Shown piece by piece: positions 9,789 through 20,499 of a stretch of DNA of 64,000 nt. The notes below the pieces were generated by a model. That model worked only from the letters and a program-made list of their open reading frames with translations. It searched no databases and was not told the origin of the DNA. The position numbers and the translations under genes were made by a program. How positions within the stretch are numbered: position 1 is the stretch's first letter; each line of letters opens with the position of its first letter. The stretch comes from SAR202 cluster bacterium (GTDB lineage Bacteria; Chloroflexota; Dehalococcoidia; Lucifugimonadales; VGZY01), in NCBI GenBank assembly GCA_016872355.1, contig VGZY01000007.1:4216-68215 (forward strand). Reading direction: 5' to 3'.

Positions 9789-9825
9789 CGACCGGGGGAC
9801 AGGCCAGACCTGTCCCCCGGTCGTT
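9789..9825 (+). terminator. Probable intrinsic terminator after the MtaA-like gene
   Basis: GCGACCGGGGGACAGG / CCTGTCCCCCGGTCG hairpin followed by TTTT. Confidence 0.6.
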
Positions 9826-9920
9826 TTGCGGAGGCGAGACGGCAGTGTCACATTGTTCGGAAGCAGAGCGGGACAGAGCTTGAGTAGACTGGCGGCGAAA
9901 CGGCCCGGACGCGAACGATA

Positions 9921-10826
9921 ATGCAACGAATTCAGATTGATACCGACCCCGGAACGGACGATGCCCTCGCCCTGATGATGGCGTTTAACTCGCCGGAGGT
10001 CAGGGTGGAGGGCATCACTACAGTTGGGGGCAATGCCAGCCTGGCGCGCACCACCCGTAACGCCCTGCGCCTTCTGGAGTACATCGGCGTCCATAATGTG
10101 CCGGTCGCGCGCGGCGCTGCGCGGCCCTTGAACGGCAGATTTAGCTATGGCTATGACGTTCACGGCGGCACAGGGCTAACTGTCAGGATGCCGGTGCCGA
10201 AATCCCTCCCCATGGCGGCGCGCGCCCCGGAATTCATAGCCCATCTCGGCTACGCGCTACGAGGAGAGATGGTCATCGTCGCCCTCGGCCCGCTCACAAA
10301 CGTCGCACTTGCTCTAAAGGGCGAGCCCAGCCTGGTCAAATGGGTCAAGCAGATCATCGTCATGGGGGGCGCTTTCAACTGCCCGGGCAACACCACCCCG
10401 CACGCGGAGTTCAACGTGTTCAACGATCCCGAAGCGACGGACCTCGTCCTTAACAGCGGCGTTCCGGTGCGAATGGTGGGAATCGACGTCTGCAGGCAGG
10501 TGTACATCACTGGCCTGGAGAACGTGTGGTACTTCGGCGAGTCCCGGAGCGCGCACCTGGCCAACAAGATCCTCAGCGGCTACTTCGCTACACACCCTTC
10601 CAGGAGTCGATTCCACCTCTACGATCCGCTTGCCATGGCCGCAGCCATCCAGCCTGACCTGTTCACCTTCAAGAATGCCATCATTCGGGTCGAGACGGCG
10701 GACAGCGAGTACCGTGGCCGCACGACCGCGACCCTTGACCAGGAGAGCGTCGTCCATCTTGCAGTGGGCGTCGATGCGCCGCGAGCGTCAAAGCTGATTA
10801 GCGAACGTCTCGCAGCCGGTCCGTAG
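9921..10826 (+). CDS. Nucleoside hydrolase (IUNH family)
   Basis: [29 protein letters not shown]. Confidence 0.92.
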   Translation: MQRIQIDTDPGTDDALALMMAFNSPEVRVEGITTVGGNASLARTTRNALRLLEYIGVHNVPVARGAARPLNGRFSYGYDVHGGTGLTVRMPVPKSLPMAARAPEFIAHLGYALRGEMVIVALGPLTNVALALKGEPSLVKWVKQIIVMGGAFNCPGNTTPHAEFNVFNDPEATDLVLNSGVPVRMVGIDVCRQVYITGLENVWYFGESRSAHLANKILSGYFATHPSRSRFHLYDPLAMAAAIQPDLFTFKNAIIRVETADSEYRGRTTATLDQESVVHLAVGVDAPRASKLISERLAAGP

Positions 10827-10838
10827 CCGGAACTTCCC

Positions 10839-10892
10839 TTGACCATCAGATTCAAATCGCGCTAGAATCAGTTGTTGACCAATTTAATCCAC
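10839..10892 (+). promoter_or_regulatory. suf operon promoter and probable Rrf2/IscR-type operator
   Basis: TTGACC (10839) - 18 nt - TAGAAT (10863), then GTTGACCAATTTAATCCAC (10874-10892). Confidence 0.6.
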
Positions 10893-10939
10893 AAATCCCT
10901 GGCCGGGCTTTGCCCGCCGGGCACGAGAGGCGTAAGCCA

Positions 10940-12418
10940 GTGACGACACCGACCACGACACCAAAAGTAATATCGCGCACAAGTGAGCTCCAATCTGACT
11001 ACAAGTGGGGCTTCTTCACAGACATCCCGTCCGACTTTGCTCCCAAGGGCATAAACGAGGACATCGTCCGCCTTATCTCCGGCAAGAAGAATGAGCCCGA
11101 GTTCATGCTGGAATGGCGGCTCAAGGCGTTCCGCCACTGGATAAAGCAGGACTACAGGGAGCCTCGCTGGGCGAAGGTGGAGTTTCCGCCGATCGACTAC
11201 CAGGACATCTACTACTACGCTGCTCCGGCATCCCACAACGAAAAGCCGAAGAGCATGGACGATGTCGATCCCGAGCTGCTGAAGACGTTCGAGAAGCTGG
11301 GCGTGCCCATGCGCGAGCGCGAAAAGCTGGCGGGTGTCTCCACAGGCGTGGCCGTTGACGCGGTGTTCGACAGCGTGTCTGTCGGCACCACGTACCAGAA
11401 GGCTCTTGAGAAGCACGGCGTCATCTTCTGCTCCATGAGCGAGGCAGTGCAGAACCACCCGGAGCTGGTCAAGAAGTACCTTGGCTCCGTCGCCCCCTAT
11501 TCCGACAACTTCTTTGCTTCGCTTAACTCCGCGGTCTTCTCGGATGGGTCGTTCGTGTACGTCCCCAAGGGCGTGCGCTGCCCTATGGAGCTCATGACGT
11601 ACTTCCGCATCAACGCGGCCAACACAGGCCAGTTTGAGCGGACGCTGATCGTCGCGGACGAAGGCTCGTACGTGAGCTACCTTGAGGGTTGCACCGCGCC
11701 GATGAGAAAGTCGCACCAGCTCCACGCCGCAGTCGTCGAGCTAATCGCTCTCGACGGCGCTGAGATCAAGTACTCTACCCTCCAGAACTGGTACCCAGGC
11801 GACAGGGAGGGCAAGGGCGGCGTCTACAACTTCGTCACCAAGCGCGGCAAGGCGTTCAAAAACTCGAAGATCTCCTGGACACAGGTCGAAACCGGCTCGG
11901 CGATCACCTGGAAGTACCCCAGCGTGATCCTGCAGGGCGACAACTCTCAGGGCGAGTTCTATTCGGTAGCGCTTGTGAACAACAAGCAGCAGGCCGACAC
12001 CGGTACGAAGATGATCCACATCGGCAAGAACACCAAGAGCACGATCGTCGCCAAGGGCATCTCTGCGGGCCAGGGCCAGAGCACCTACCGCAGCCTCGTC
12101 CAGATACTGCCGACGGCGGACAACGCTACGAATTTCACGCAGTGCGACTCCCTGCTCGTGGGCGACAAGTGCGGCGCTCACACGGTGCCGTACATCGAGG
12201 TGCGCAACCCCACGGCGCGGATGGAGCACGAGGCGTCCACGTCCAAGGTCAGCGACGACCAGCTCTTCTACTGCAACCAGCGCGGCATCGACGGCGAAGA
12301 GGCTCACTACCTCATCATCAACGGCTTCTGCCGCGGCATCTTCCAGGAGCTCCCATTCGAGTTCGCGATGGAGGCGCAGCAGCTGCTGCGCGTGAGTCTG
12401 GAAGGTACGGTGGGATAG
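10940..12418 (+). CDS. sufB: Fe-S cluster assembly protein SufB
   Basis: [48 protein letters not shown]. Confidence 0.97.
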   Translation: MTTPTTTPKVISRTSELQSDYKWGFFTDIPSDFAPKGINEDIVRLISGKKNEPEFMLEWRLKAFRHWIKQDYREPRWAKVEFPPIDYQDIYYYAAPASHNEKPKSMDDVDPELLKTFEKLGVPMREREKLAGVSTGVAVDAVFDSVSVGTTYQKALEKHGVIFCSMSEAVQNHPELVKKYLGSVAPYSDNFFASLNSAVFSDGSFVYVPKGVRCPMELMTYFRINAANTGQFERTLIVADEGSYVSYLEGCTAPMRKSHQLHAAVVELIALDGAEIKYSTLQNWYPGDREGKGGVYNFVTKRGKAFKNSKISWTQVETGSAITWKYPSVILQGDNSQGEFYSVALVNNKQQADTGTKMIHIGKNTKSTIVAKGISAGQGQSTYRSLVQILPTADNATNFTQCDSLLVGDKCGAHTVPYIEVRNPTARMEHEASTSKVSDDQLFYCNQRGIDGEEAHYLIINGFCRGIFQELPFEFAMEAQQLLRVSLEGTVG

Positions 12419-12430
12419 GCGGGGGATTGC

Positions 12431-12519
12431 GTAGCCCGCCCCGATTCCATCGGGGCCTGTATTGGTCGCGCGCGCCACCCGTCAACAACCCAGGCCCCGA
12501 TGGAATCGGGGCAGGCTAC
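12431..12519. repeat. Inverted pair of GTAG-type REP sequences (REPIN-like)
   Basis: GTAGCCCGCCCCGATTCCATCGGGGCCTG ... CAGGCCCCGATGGAATCGGGGCAGGCTAC. Confidence 0.8.
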
Positions 12520-12685
12520 AGGAAACGAACCGGCAGCATCAATTCATGAAATGTTCCAGTCACCAATCGTCGCGGCACGCGGCGCCACTGACGTGGCGGC
12601 CGGCCGCGGACACATCGCGTGAATACAATCCAAACGGCGGCGTACAGTTCAAGCGCTGCCGCCGCCACAGGAGCGATCAGAAACA

Positions 12686-13447
12686 ATGCTTGAGATACGG
12701 ACTCTTCACGTATCCGTTGAAGATACAAAGATCCTGAAGGGCGTCAACCTCACGGTGAAGGCCGGAGAGGTGCACGCCATCATGGGGCCGAACGGCAGCG
12801 GCAAAAGCACGCTGACGAACGTCATCGCCGGAAGGCCGGAGTACACGGTCACGGACGGCGAGATCACCTACAACGGCAAGAACCTGCTGGAGATGCCGCC
12901 GGACCAGCGCGCCCGCGAGGGTGTGTTCCTGGCGTTCCAGTACCCCGTGGAGCTTCCGGGCGTCCGCAACCGCCAGTTCGTGAAGGCGGCGCTGGACGCC
13001 AAGCGCAAGCACCAGGGACTGCCCGAGCTGAGCGCGCGCGACTTCGACAAGGTCTGGAAGGACACCGTCGCTAAGGTCGGAATTAACCCGGAGCTGGTCA
13101 AGCGCAACGTCAACGAGGGCTTCTCCGGTGGCGAGAAGAAGCGCAACGAGATGCTCCAGATGGCCATCCTCGAGCCGGCCCTCGCCCTGCTGGACGAGAC
13201 CGACTCCGGCCTGGACATCGACGCGCTGAAAGCCGTGGCGGACAACGTGAACGCAAGCCGCCGCCCGGACCGCGCGATCCTGCTCGTTACGCACTACCAG
13301 CGCCTGCTGAACTACATCGAGCCCGACTTCGTCCACGTGCTCATGGACGGCCGCATCGTCATGGAAGGCGGCAAGGAGCTGGCCAAGCAGCTGGAGTCCA
13401 AGGGCTACGACTGGGTAAGAGAACAGGTAGCCACAGGCAAAGCATAG
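12686..13447 (+). CDS. sufC: Fe-S assembly ABC ATPase SufC
   Basis: MGPNGSGKST, FQYP, NEGFSGGEKKRNE, LDETDSGLDID. Confidence 0.97.
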   Translation: MLEIRTLHVSVEDTKILKGVNLTVKAGEVHAIMGPNGSGKSTLTNVIAGRPEYTVTDGEITYNGKNLLEMPPDQRAREGVFLAFQYPVELPGVRNRQFVKAALDAKRKHQGLPELSARDFDKVWKDTVAKVGINPELVKRNVNEGFSGGEKKRNEMLQMAILEPALALLDETDSGLDIDALKAVADNVNASRRPDRAILLVTHYQRLLNYIEPDFVHVLMDGRIVMEGGKELAKQLESKGYDWVREQVATGKA

Positions 13448-13498
13448 CCCTTGTTCCTCTCCCTCAGGCAAGATAACTAACAACGATACGGCATAACA

Positions 13499-14827
13499 AT
13501 GACCCAAACTCTCGAAAAATACGACAAGTACAGGGCCGACTTCGCGGTCTTTGAGCGGGCGCTGCCCTCAAACGGCGCATCGAAGCTGGGCGAGCTGCGC
13601 AAGCACGCCTTCGCGCGCTTCACTGAGCTCGGCTTCCCGACCGCCACGCGCGGCAACGAGAAGTGGCGCTTCACTAACATCGGCCCGCTCGCGGCCGCCA
13701 CCTTCGTTTACCCGCAGGCCGCCCCCAGGGTGACCGCGAAGCAGCTCGCATCCGTCGCCACTTACGCGGCCAAAGGGCTTCGCATGGTCTTCATCAACGG
13801 CAAGTTCTCGGCGGGCCTCTCCGACCTTTCGAGCGCGACCGGCGACCTGACGATCAAGAATCTTGCCGACGCGGCGCATGACAACGGCAAGGCCGTCGAT
13901 AGCGTCCTCGGTTCGCTGGCCCCGGTGGAGCACAACGGCTTCACGGCGATAAACACCGCGTTCGTCCGCGACGGCGCATTCATCCAGATCAAGCCGGACA
14001 CAGAGGTCAAGGAGCCGCTAAACCTCGTGTTCCTGTCCACGGCGGGGCCGGAGGCGTTCGTCGCCTACCCGCGCGTGCTGGTCATTGCCGGGAGGCACAG
14101 CAAGATCACGGTTATCGAGAGCTACGTGAGCCTCGGCGACGGCACGTACTTCACCAACGGCGTCGGAGAGTTCGTCGCCGAGGACGGCGCGAAAATCGAC
14201 CACTACCGGTTCCTGCAGGAGAGCGAGAACGCCTACCACATCGGCAACACCGCCGTCCGGCTTGAGCGCGACAGCACATTCAAGTCGACGTCCATCGCCC
14301 GCGGCGCGCGCATCGCCCGCAACGAGGTCCACCTCCTGCACAACGCCCCCGGCAGCGCCAGCGCGCTCTATGGGCTCTATGCCACCAACGGCGCGCAGCA
14401 AATCGACAACCACATCAACATCGACCACGCCGTCCCGCACACTACCAGCGATATCTTCTTCAAAGGCATCCTGGACGGCAACTCAAGGGCCGTGTTCAGC
14501 GGCGGCGTGCTCGTCCGCAAGGACGCTCAAAAGACAATAGCAACGCAGTCGGACAAGAACCTGATCCTGTCGAGCGGCGCGCGCATCAACACCAAGCCCA
14601 GCCTGGAGATATTCGCGGACGACGTGAAGTGCGCGCACGGCGCTACCGCCGGCGCAGTGGCGGAGGACATCCTCTTCTACGCTCAGAGTCGCGGCCTGGA
14701 CAGGGAAACGGCGCAGAAGATACTCATCTACGGCTTTTCCAGCGAGATCATCCAGAAGATAGAGCCGGAGGCCTTCCGCCGCCACGTAGACGCCATTTTC
14801 TCAGGCGGCATGGAGCTGCACGAGTAG
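13499..14827 (+). CDS. sufD: Fe-S assembly protein SufD
   Basis: EKWRFT, KPSLEIFADDVKCAHGAT, SRGL. Confidence 0.95.
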   Translation: MTQTLEKYDKYRADFAVFERALPSNGASKLGELRKHAFARFTELGFPTATRGNEKWRFTNIGPLAAATFVYPQAAPRVTAKQLASVATYAAKGLRMVFINGKFSAGLSDLSSATGDLTIKNLADAAHDNGKAVDSVLGSLAPVEHNGFTAINTAFVRDGAFIQIKPDTEVKEPLNLVFLSTAGPEAFVAYPRVLVIAGRHSKITVIESYVSLGDGTYFTNGVGEFVAEDGAKIDHYRFLQESENAYHIGNTAVRLERDSTFKSTSIARGARIARNEVHLLHNAPGSASALYGLYATNGAQQIDNHINIDHAVPHTTSDIFFKGILDGNSRAVFSGGVLVRKDAQKTIATQSDKNLILSSGARINTKPSLEIFADDVKCAHGATAGAVAEDILFYAQSRGLDRETAQKILIYGFSSEIIQKIEPEAFRRHVDAIFSGGMELHE

Positions 14828-14861
14828 CAGTAAGTCGTCGGCAGTCAGCAGTCGGCCAGAC
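14827..14861. repeat. Degenerate heptamer array (C[AG]GCAGT) between sufD and sufU
   Basis: CGGCAGT CAGCAGT CGGCCAGAC; near-identical to one arm of the element at 57826-57920. Confidence 0.55.
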
Positions 14862-14878
14862 AAAAGCAGGTGAGATAG

Positions 14879-15334
14879 ATGTCATCCGACCTTCAAGAGC
14901 TATACCAGGAGATTGTGATGGAGCATAACCGCAAGCCACGCAATTTCCGCAAGATGAACAACCCCACGTGCTCCGCCAACGGACACAACCCTTTTTGCGG
15001 TGACAACATCACCCTGTTCATCAACCTCAAGGACGACAAAATCGAGGACATCGCGTTCCAGGGGTCCGGCTGCGCCATCTCCCGCGCTTCGGCATCGCTC
15101 ATGACCGAGGCGGTGAAAGGGTATTCGACGAACGAGGCGGAAGGCCTTTTTGAGACCTTCCGAACGATGGTCACAGAGGGCCCTTCCGAGGGCAGCAAGG
15201 ACGAAGAGGCGCTCGGCGACCTGGCGGTACTGGCCGGGGTACATGAGTTCCCGACGCGCGTAAAGTGCGCGACGCTGGCCTGGCACGCGCTGCACGGGGC
15301 GCTTAACGGCAAGAAAAAGGTCTCATCGGAGTAG
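14879..15334 (+). CDS. sufU: SufU/IscU-family protein (copy 1)
   Basis: LYQEIVMEH, NPFCGD, GSGCAIS, RVKCATL. Confidence 0.93.
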   Translation: MSSDLQELYQEIVMEHNRKPRNFRKMNNPTCSANGHNPFCGDNITLFINLKDDKIEDIAFQGSGCAISRASASLMTEAVKGYSTNEAEGLFETFRTMVTEGPSEGSKDEEALGDLAVLAGVHEFPTRVKCATLAWHALHGALNGKKKVSSE

Positions 15335-15356
15335 GCGAATCCCAGGAGATGGGCGT

Positions 15357-15806
15357 ATGCACATCCCAATGCAAGTAGACTACGGCGTCAGGGCGCTGAT
15401 TGACCTCGCCGAGCACGAGAGCGAGGGTCCGGTGCGCGCCTCCGATATTGCCCAGCGGCAGGGAATACCCGAGCCGTACCTGGCGCGCGTGCTCCACATG
15501 CTCCAGCGCCAGGGCATCACCGCCAGCCAGCGCGGCCCGCTCGGTGGCCACGCCCTCGCGCGCCCGCCTTCGCAAATCACCATGGGCGAGGTCATGGTGA
15601 ACCTGGGCGGCACCATCAACCTTGTGAGCTGCCTGGACGATGCCGGCCGATGCACGCAGTCGCCACAATGCGGACAGCGGAGCGTCTGGCGGGACGTTGA
15701 GCAGGCGATCCAGAACGTGCTGAACAACACGACTATCGCGGACCTTGTGGAGCGCATGAAGCAGCCCGCCGAGGCCGTGCACAACGAGGCGGTGACGACG
15801 GCGTAG
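15357..15806 (+). CDS. Rrf2-family transcriptional regulator with three Cys (IscR-like)
   Basis: DYGVRAL, IPEPYL, SQRGPLGGH.LAR, C-x6-C-x5-C then W. Confidence 0.9.
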   Translation: MHIPMQVDYGVRALIDLAEHESEGPVRASDIAQRQGIPEPYLARVLHMLQRQGITASQRGPLGGHALARPPSQITMGEVMVNLGGTINLVSCLDDAGRCTQSPQCGQRSVWRDVEQAIQNVLNNTTIADLVERMKQPAEAVHNEAVTTA

Positions 15807-15869
15807 CGCTCCTTGGGCTGCCTGGACCGTTCCACAGAGCCGTTGGAGGAACAGGGCATAGGCCATCAC

Positions 15870-15930
15870 CCTCTCTGTCGGCCGGAGCGCCGACATCTCC
15901 CCCATCGAGGGGGAGACAAAAGGGAGGGAA
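15870..15930. repeat. Intergenic nested palindrome
   Basis: TGTCGGC..GCCGACA and TCTCCCCC ATCGA GGGGGAGA hairpins. Confidence 0.45.
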
Positions 15931-15953
15931 GAGATCGGAGGGGGTAAGATTCT

Positions 15954-16259
15954 TTGGCTTATACAAAGATCGGTAAGGTATGGGAAGTGCCGCGAGGCGC
16001 GGTCCGCCCTTACTTCGTTGCCGACAAAGAGGTTATCGTTTGCCACACGTCCCAGGGCCTGTACGCCGTCGACAACATCTGCTCCCACGAAGAGGGCTCC
16101 CTTTACATGGGCGAGTTACGGGGCTGCGAGATCGAGTGTCCCCTTCACGGGGCTAAATTCGATGTCCGCAACGGCAAGGTGATGTCCGGTCCGGCCCTGA
16201 GGCCCATCTCGGCATTTCCGGTGCGGGTCACCGGCGAAGACATTGAGATAGACATTTAG
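15954..16259 (+). CDS. Rieske-type [2Fe-2S] ferredoxin
   Basis: CSH ... CPLHGAKFD motif. Confidence 0.9.
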   Translation: MAYTKIGKVWEVPRGAVRPYFVADKEVIVCHTSQGLYAVDNICSHEEGSLYMGELRGCEIECPLHGAKFDVRNGKVMSGPALRPISAFPVRVTGEDIEIDI

Positions 16260-16317
16260 GCGCTGCGCCTGAGCGTCCGCTCTGGCGGACGTCCCAACGG
16301 AACGAAAGAGTGAACGA

Positions 16318-17604
16318 ATGAGCAGTACCAAACCGCACAAGGCTGTTGCGGCCGTCCATGGGCCGGACATCAACAAGATCCGCGCGGACTTCCCTATCCT
16401 TTCGCGCAAGGTCTACGGCAAGCCGCTCGTCTACCTGGACAATGCCGCCACCTCGCAGAAGCCGGCGAGCGTGATCAAGGCGCTCTCGGAGTACTACGAG
16501 GGCTATAATGCGAACGTCCACCGTGGCGTGCACGCGCTCAGCATGGAGGCAACCGACAGGTACGAAGAGGCTCGCCGCAAGGTTGCGAAGTTCATCGGCG
16601 CCAGGCACGAGGAGAGCATAATCTGGACGCGCGGCGCCACCGAGGCGATCAACCTTGTCGCGTATACGTGGGCGCAGCAGAACATCAAGCCCGGCGACGA
16701 AATAGTCCTGACTCCCATGGAGCACCACAGCAACCTGGTGCCCTGGCAGAAGGTGGCGGCGGACAAGGGGGCGAAGATAAAGTTCTTCGGCATGACCGGG
16801 GAGCAGACGCTGGACCTCTCGAACGTCGACGAGGTCATCACCCCGAGAACGAAGCTCGTGGCGATCGTCCACGGCTCAAATTCTCTGGGCACCATTAACC
16901 CCGTGAAAGAGCTGACCGCGAAAGCCCACGCAGTTGGGGCGACCGTTCTCGTCGACGGCGCCCAGAGCGTCCCGCACATGCCCATTGACGTCGAGGACAT
17001 CGGCTGCGACTTCCTCGCCTTCTCCGGCCACAAGATGGCCGGACCGACCGGAATCGGCGCTCTGTACGCGCGGCCGGAGCTGCTGCAGAAGATGGAGCCG
17101 TTCATGCGCGGCGGCGACATGGTTCTGGAAGTGAGCTATGAGTCCGCAAGCTGGAACGCCGTGCCCGCGAAATTCGAGGCCGGCACTCCGAATATCGCCG
17201 ATGCCATTGGCCTCGCCGCCGCGGTGGACTACCTCTCCGCCATCGGCATGGAGAACATCCGGCGACACGAGATGGAGCTCACGGCGTACGCGCTGAAGCG
17301 GTTCGACGAAATCGCCGACGATGTGAAGGTCTTCGGCCCCCGCGACGTGCGCATCCGCGGCGGGGTGGTCCCGTTCCATTCGCCGGACGTGCACCCGCAC
17401 GATCTCGGCACCTTCCTTGACCGCGAGGGCATAGCCATACGGACGGGCCACCACTGCACGATGCCGCTGATCCGCAAGCTGGAGGTGCCGGCAACCGCGC
17501 GCGCATCCTTCTACCTGTACAACACGCAGGAGGAGGTCGATATCCTGGTCGAAGCCCTGAAACGAGCCCTGAGGTACTTCGTACATGGTGTCAACCGGGC
17601 TTAG
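16318..17604 (+). CDS. sufS: Cysteine desulfurase SufS
   Basis: YLDNAATSQKP, EHHSN, FSGHK, EAGTP, RTGHHC (group II). Confidence 0.97.
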   Translation: MSSTKPHKAVAAVHGPDINKIRADFPILSRKVYGKPLVYLDNAATSQKPASVIKALSEYYEGYNANVHRGVHALSMEATDRYEEARRKVAKFIGARHEESIIWTRGATEAINLVAYTWAQQNIKPGDEIVLTPMEHHSNLVPWQKVAADKGAKIKFFGMTGEQTLDLSNVDEVITPRTKLVAIVHGSNSLGTINPVKELTAKAHAVGATVLVDGAQSVPHMPIDVEDIGCDFLAFSGHKMAGPTGIGALYARPELLQKMEPFMRGGDMVLEVSYESASWNAVPAKFEAGTPNIADAIGLAAAVDYLSAIGMENIRRHEMELTAYALKRFDEIADDVKVFGPRDVRIRGGVVPFHSPDVHPHDLGTFLDREGIAIRTGHHCTMPLIRKLEVPATARASFYLYNTQEEVDILVEALKRALRYFVHGVNRA

Positions 17605-18025
17605 CGGCCTCTACCGGGACGCGATCCTCAACCACTGTCGCCGGCCCCGCAACCAGGCGCCGATAGAGTCACCTAATGCGAAAGGCCACGCCCTCAACCC
17701 CCTGTGCGGCGACGAGGTAACCTTCGCACTGGTTATGTCCGGGGGCAGGGTCTCGGGAGTCTCCGCAAAAGCAGTGGGCTGTGCGATCAACCAGGCGACT
17801 GCCTCAATGCTCTCGGAGGCGGTGAAGGGCAAAGGCGAGAGGGAAGTTAGGATGCTCATATCGCTATTCAAGGGTATGATGCAGGGCGACGGCCCCTCTC
17901 CCGCCGACCTGTCGTCGATGGGTGACCTGACGGAGCTTATCGGTGTGCGCGAACACCCTGCCCGCATCAAGTGCGCATTGCTTGCATTCGCCGCCCTGGA
18001 GAACGGCGTCTCGCCCCGGGGATAA
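17585..18025 (+). CDS. sufU: SufU/IscU-family protein (copy 2)
   Basis: LYRDAILNH, NPLCGD, GCAIN, RIKCALL; overlaps the end of sufS. Confidence 0.85.
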   Translation: MVSTGLSGLYRDAILNHCRRPRNQAPIESPNAKGHALNPLCGDEVTFALVMSGGRVSGVSAKAVGCAINQATASMLSEAVKGKGEREVRMLISLFKGMMQGDGPSPADLSSMGDLTELIGVREHPARIKCALLAFAALENGVSPRG

Positions 18026-18036
18026 CTTCCATCAGC

Positions 18037-18504
18037 CTACAACCACCGTCTCACGTTGCGCTTGTAGTCCACATACACCTCTCCGAATTTTCGCTCCAGG
18101 TACGCCTCTTCCCGCTCGATCACCCCTTTGACCATCACGAGCCACACCGCCGGCAGAAGGAGCAGCGGCCACAGCGCGTTGAAAGCGACGGCGACTCCCA
18201 CGTATCCTAGGGAGAGGCCAATATAGATGGGGTTCCGCGAAAAGGCGAATGGCCCGGTGGCGATAATCCTGGTCGTGGTCCCGTGAGGCTCGACGGTTGT
18301 TCCGGCGCGCACCATGAGCGCCGCCGCCCACAGCCCCAAGAATACTCCAGGGGCTATCAACGAAACGCCCGCGGCAACACGTGCCGGGCCCTCGGGGAGA
18401 AATCGGACGGGGTAAAGGGCGTGGAGGATGAAGCCCAGGAGCAGGCCGGCTCCATATATCACCGGAGGAGGAGCGAATACCCCGGCGCTGTCCTTTCGCG
18501 CCAA
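18037..18504 (-). CDS. Isoprenylcysteine carboxylmethyltransferase / PEMT-family membrane protein
   Basis: GPFAFSRNPIY, EEAYLERKFG..Y..Y...VRRW. Confidence 0.88.
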   Translation of the reverse strand: MARKDSAGVFAPPPVIYGAGLLLGFILHALYPVRFLPEGPARVAAGVSLIAPGVFLGLWAAALMVRAGTTVEPHGTTTRIIATGPFAFSRNPIYIGLSLGYVGVAVAFNALWPLLLLPAVWLVMVKGVIEREEAYLERKFGEVYVDYKRNVRRWL

Positions 18505-18506
18505 CG

Positions 18507-19496
18507 TCAGTTGCCCTGGCCGGGATTGGCTGTGCCGCTTGCCACGACCACCAGCTTCTGCTTGCGCCTGAGCGATACGCCCTCGCGAGGAAGGAAGATT
18601 ACGGCAATCACCGTCGGCGGCACGAAGAATACCGCGTGAACGACAAGAGCGAACCCGAAGGCGTCCGCCTTTCCTACGCCCAGGAGACCCAACAGGTACA
18701 CCACGGCGGCCTCAAACGCCCCTATGCCGCTTGGCGCGGCCGGTATGGCAGTGATGAAGAAGATAGTCGCCATGGTCACAAAGGTGACCTTGATCGGCGA
18801 AACGTCCAGGTTGAACGCCACCGCCACGATCCAGGCGGAGACGCCCACCAGAAGCCAGTAGACGATGGATACCAGGAACGAGCTGAGGAGCCTTAACCGC
18901 TGACCGCCGTAGGTCTTCACCGACTGGGCCATGGCCGCAAGGAACGCGATGCGGCGGATGAAGGCAATCGACTCGCCTCCCCAGGCGAATAGCCTGAACA
19001 GCGCCACAGCAAGGACGATTATCCCGATTGCGACCCAGATGAGAAAGCGAAACTGCTCCATCTCGTGGACGAAGGAGACCGCAACGGCAAGCACCAGGAC
19101 GCTGGCGGCGGAGTCCACGAGTCGCTCCATGCCGATCGCCACAAGCGCAGTCGAACCCCGCAACCCGTCTTTCAGGGTAAGAACGGCGAGCTGTGTGACC
19201 TCGCTCACGACCCTCACAGGCATTATGTTGCTGAGCCCAAGCCCTTCATGCTGTACTATAAACAGCCGGGCGACGGACAGCTTTTCGTTGACGAAGAGTA
19301 TCCGCCAGCGAACGGCCCTGACCCAGCCCGCCAGCATGAAGATAGCGACGGCAAGCAGAATGTGGATGACGGAGACGCTCGCCAGGTTCTCCCAGACGAG
19401 GCCCCATTCCAGCCCCCTGACTGACAGCCAACCCAGCACCAGGCTTGCCACTATGCCAATGACCAGCCTGGCCGGTCCCAGTATTCGGTCTTTCAT
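18507..19496 (-). CDS. Lysylphosphatidylglycerol synthase TM-region (flippase-like, UPF0104) protein
   Basis: RAVRWRIL, ERLVD, PAAPSGIGAFE; several hydrophobic helices. Confidence 0.85.
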   Translation of the reverse strand: MKDRILGPARLVIGIVASLVLGWLSVRGLEWGLVWENLASVSVIHILLAVAIFMLAGWVRAVRWRILFVNEKLSVARLFIVQHEGLGLSNIMPVRVVSEVTQLAVLTLKDGLRGSTALVAIGMERLVDSAASVLVLAVAVSFVHEMEQFRFLIWVAIGIIVLAVALFRLFAWGGESIAFIRRIAFLAAMAQSVKTYGGQRLRLLSSFLVSIVYWLLVGVSAWIVAVAFNLDVSPIKVTFVTMATIFFITAIPAAPSGIGAFEAAVVYLLGLLGVGKADAFGFALVVHAVFFVPPTVIAVIFLPREGVSLRRKQKLVVVASGTANPGQGN

Positions 19497-19692
19497 TTCA
19501 AGTTAAGAGCCGGTCCGCGAATATGAATAACAGTGCCTCCCGGTGTCGTCGGAGGTAGTATAAGTGAGCCTAACCTACAAAGCCAGACTAGTCCATACCA
19601 TAGCGTGCACACGGGCAACAGCCCGCATGCGGCAACAGTCCACTCACCCAGTATTTCAACAAATTATGTGCAAGGCAACATCGTAGAGGGCT

Positions 19693-20487
19693 ATGCTGAT
19701 AGACTGCCACACACACCTTGACCAGTACGGCGATGAAGACGTCCGGTTGATTATGGAACGGTCCCGAGCGACCGGCGTTGCTTTCGTGATCACCGCGGGA
19801 ACGACGGTCGCGGCATCTGATCGGTGCGTGGCGCTGACTGCCACGCATCACGACATGTTCGCCGGTGTGGGCATTCACCCCATGGACCTGACCGGCCCGG
19901 TGGACGAAACAACGTACGGCGCGTTGAAGTCCCAGGCGATATCCACCGACAAGGTCATCGTCATGAGCGAGATTGGGCTGGACTTCATGGAAGGCTGCCC
20001 TCCCCGCGAAGTACAGTACCAGGCCTTCAGGGAACAGATCAGGCTGGCGCTTGAGCTGCGACTGCCGATTGTCTACCACAGCCGCGAGGCGCACGCGGAG
20101 TCGATTCGCGTGCTTAGGGAGGAGCAGGCGCACAAGGTTGGCGGGGCGGTCCACTATTTCCAGGCCGACTGGGATACGGCCCGCCATGCCATCGATCTCG
20201 GATTCTACATCTCCCTGGCGCGTCCGCTGCTGAGGCTACCCCACTTGCAGGAGGTAGCCGCAAGGACCCCACTCGAATGGATAGTCCTGGAAACGGACGC
20301 GTTTCCTCAGCCGTTCAAGCCGAAGAGAGAGAACTGGACCGAGCCCCGCCACCTGGTCGAGATCGCGGCGAAGCTGGCGGAAATCAAGAACATGGACCCC
20401 GCGCAAGTCATAGAGGCCACCGGGCGAAACGCCCTCCGCATGCTGGAAGAGCGACGGAGCGCAATTGCACGTTATGTGCAGATTTGA
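19693..20487 (+). CDS. tatD: TatD-family hydrolase
   Basis: DCHTH, GIHP, EIGLD, HSRE, ETD.P. Confidence 0.92.
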   Translation: MLIDCHTHLDQYGDEDVRLIMERSRATGVAFVITAGTTVAASDRCVALTATHHDMFAGVGIHPMDLTGPVDETTYGALKSQAISTDKVIVMSEIGLDFMEGCPPREVQYQAFREQIRLALELRLPIVYHSREAHAESIRVLREEQAHKVGGAVHYFQADWDTARHAIDLGFYISLARPLLRLPHLQEVAARTPLEWIVLETDAFPQPFKPKRENWTEPRHLVEIAAKLAEIKNMDPAQVIEATGRNALRMLEERRSAIARYVQI

Positions 20488-20499
20488 CTGACCCTCTCC

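Noticed and set aside
12530-12680. GC-rich hairpins and short ORFs between sufB and sufC
   Set aside because: No RBS, motif or recognisable RNA family.
19612-19682. Three GGCAACA words upstream of tatD
   Set aside because: Short and irregularly spaced; cannot be told from chance without orthologs.
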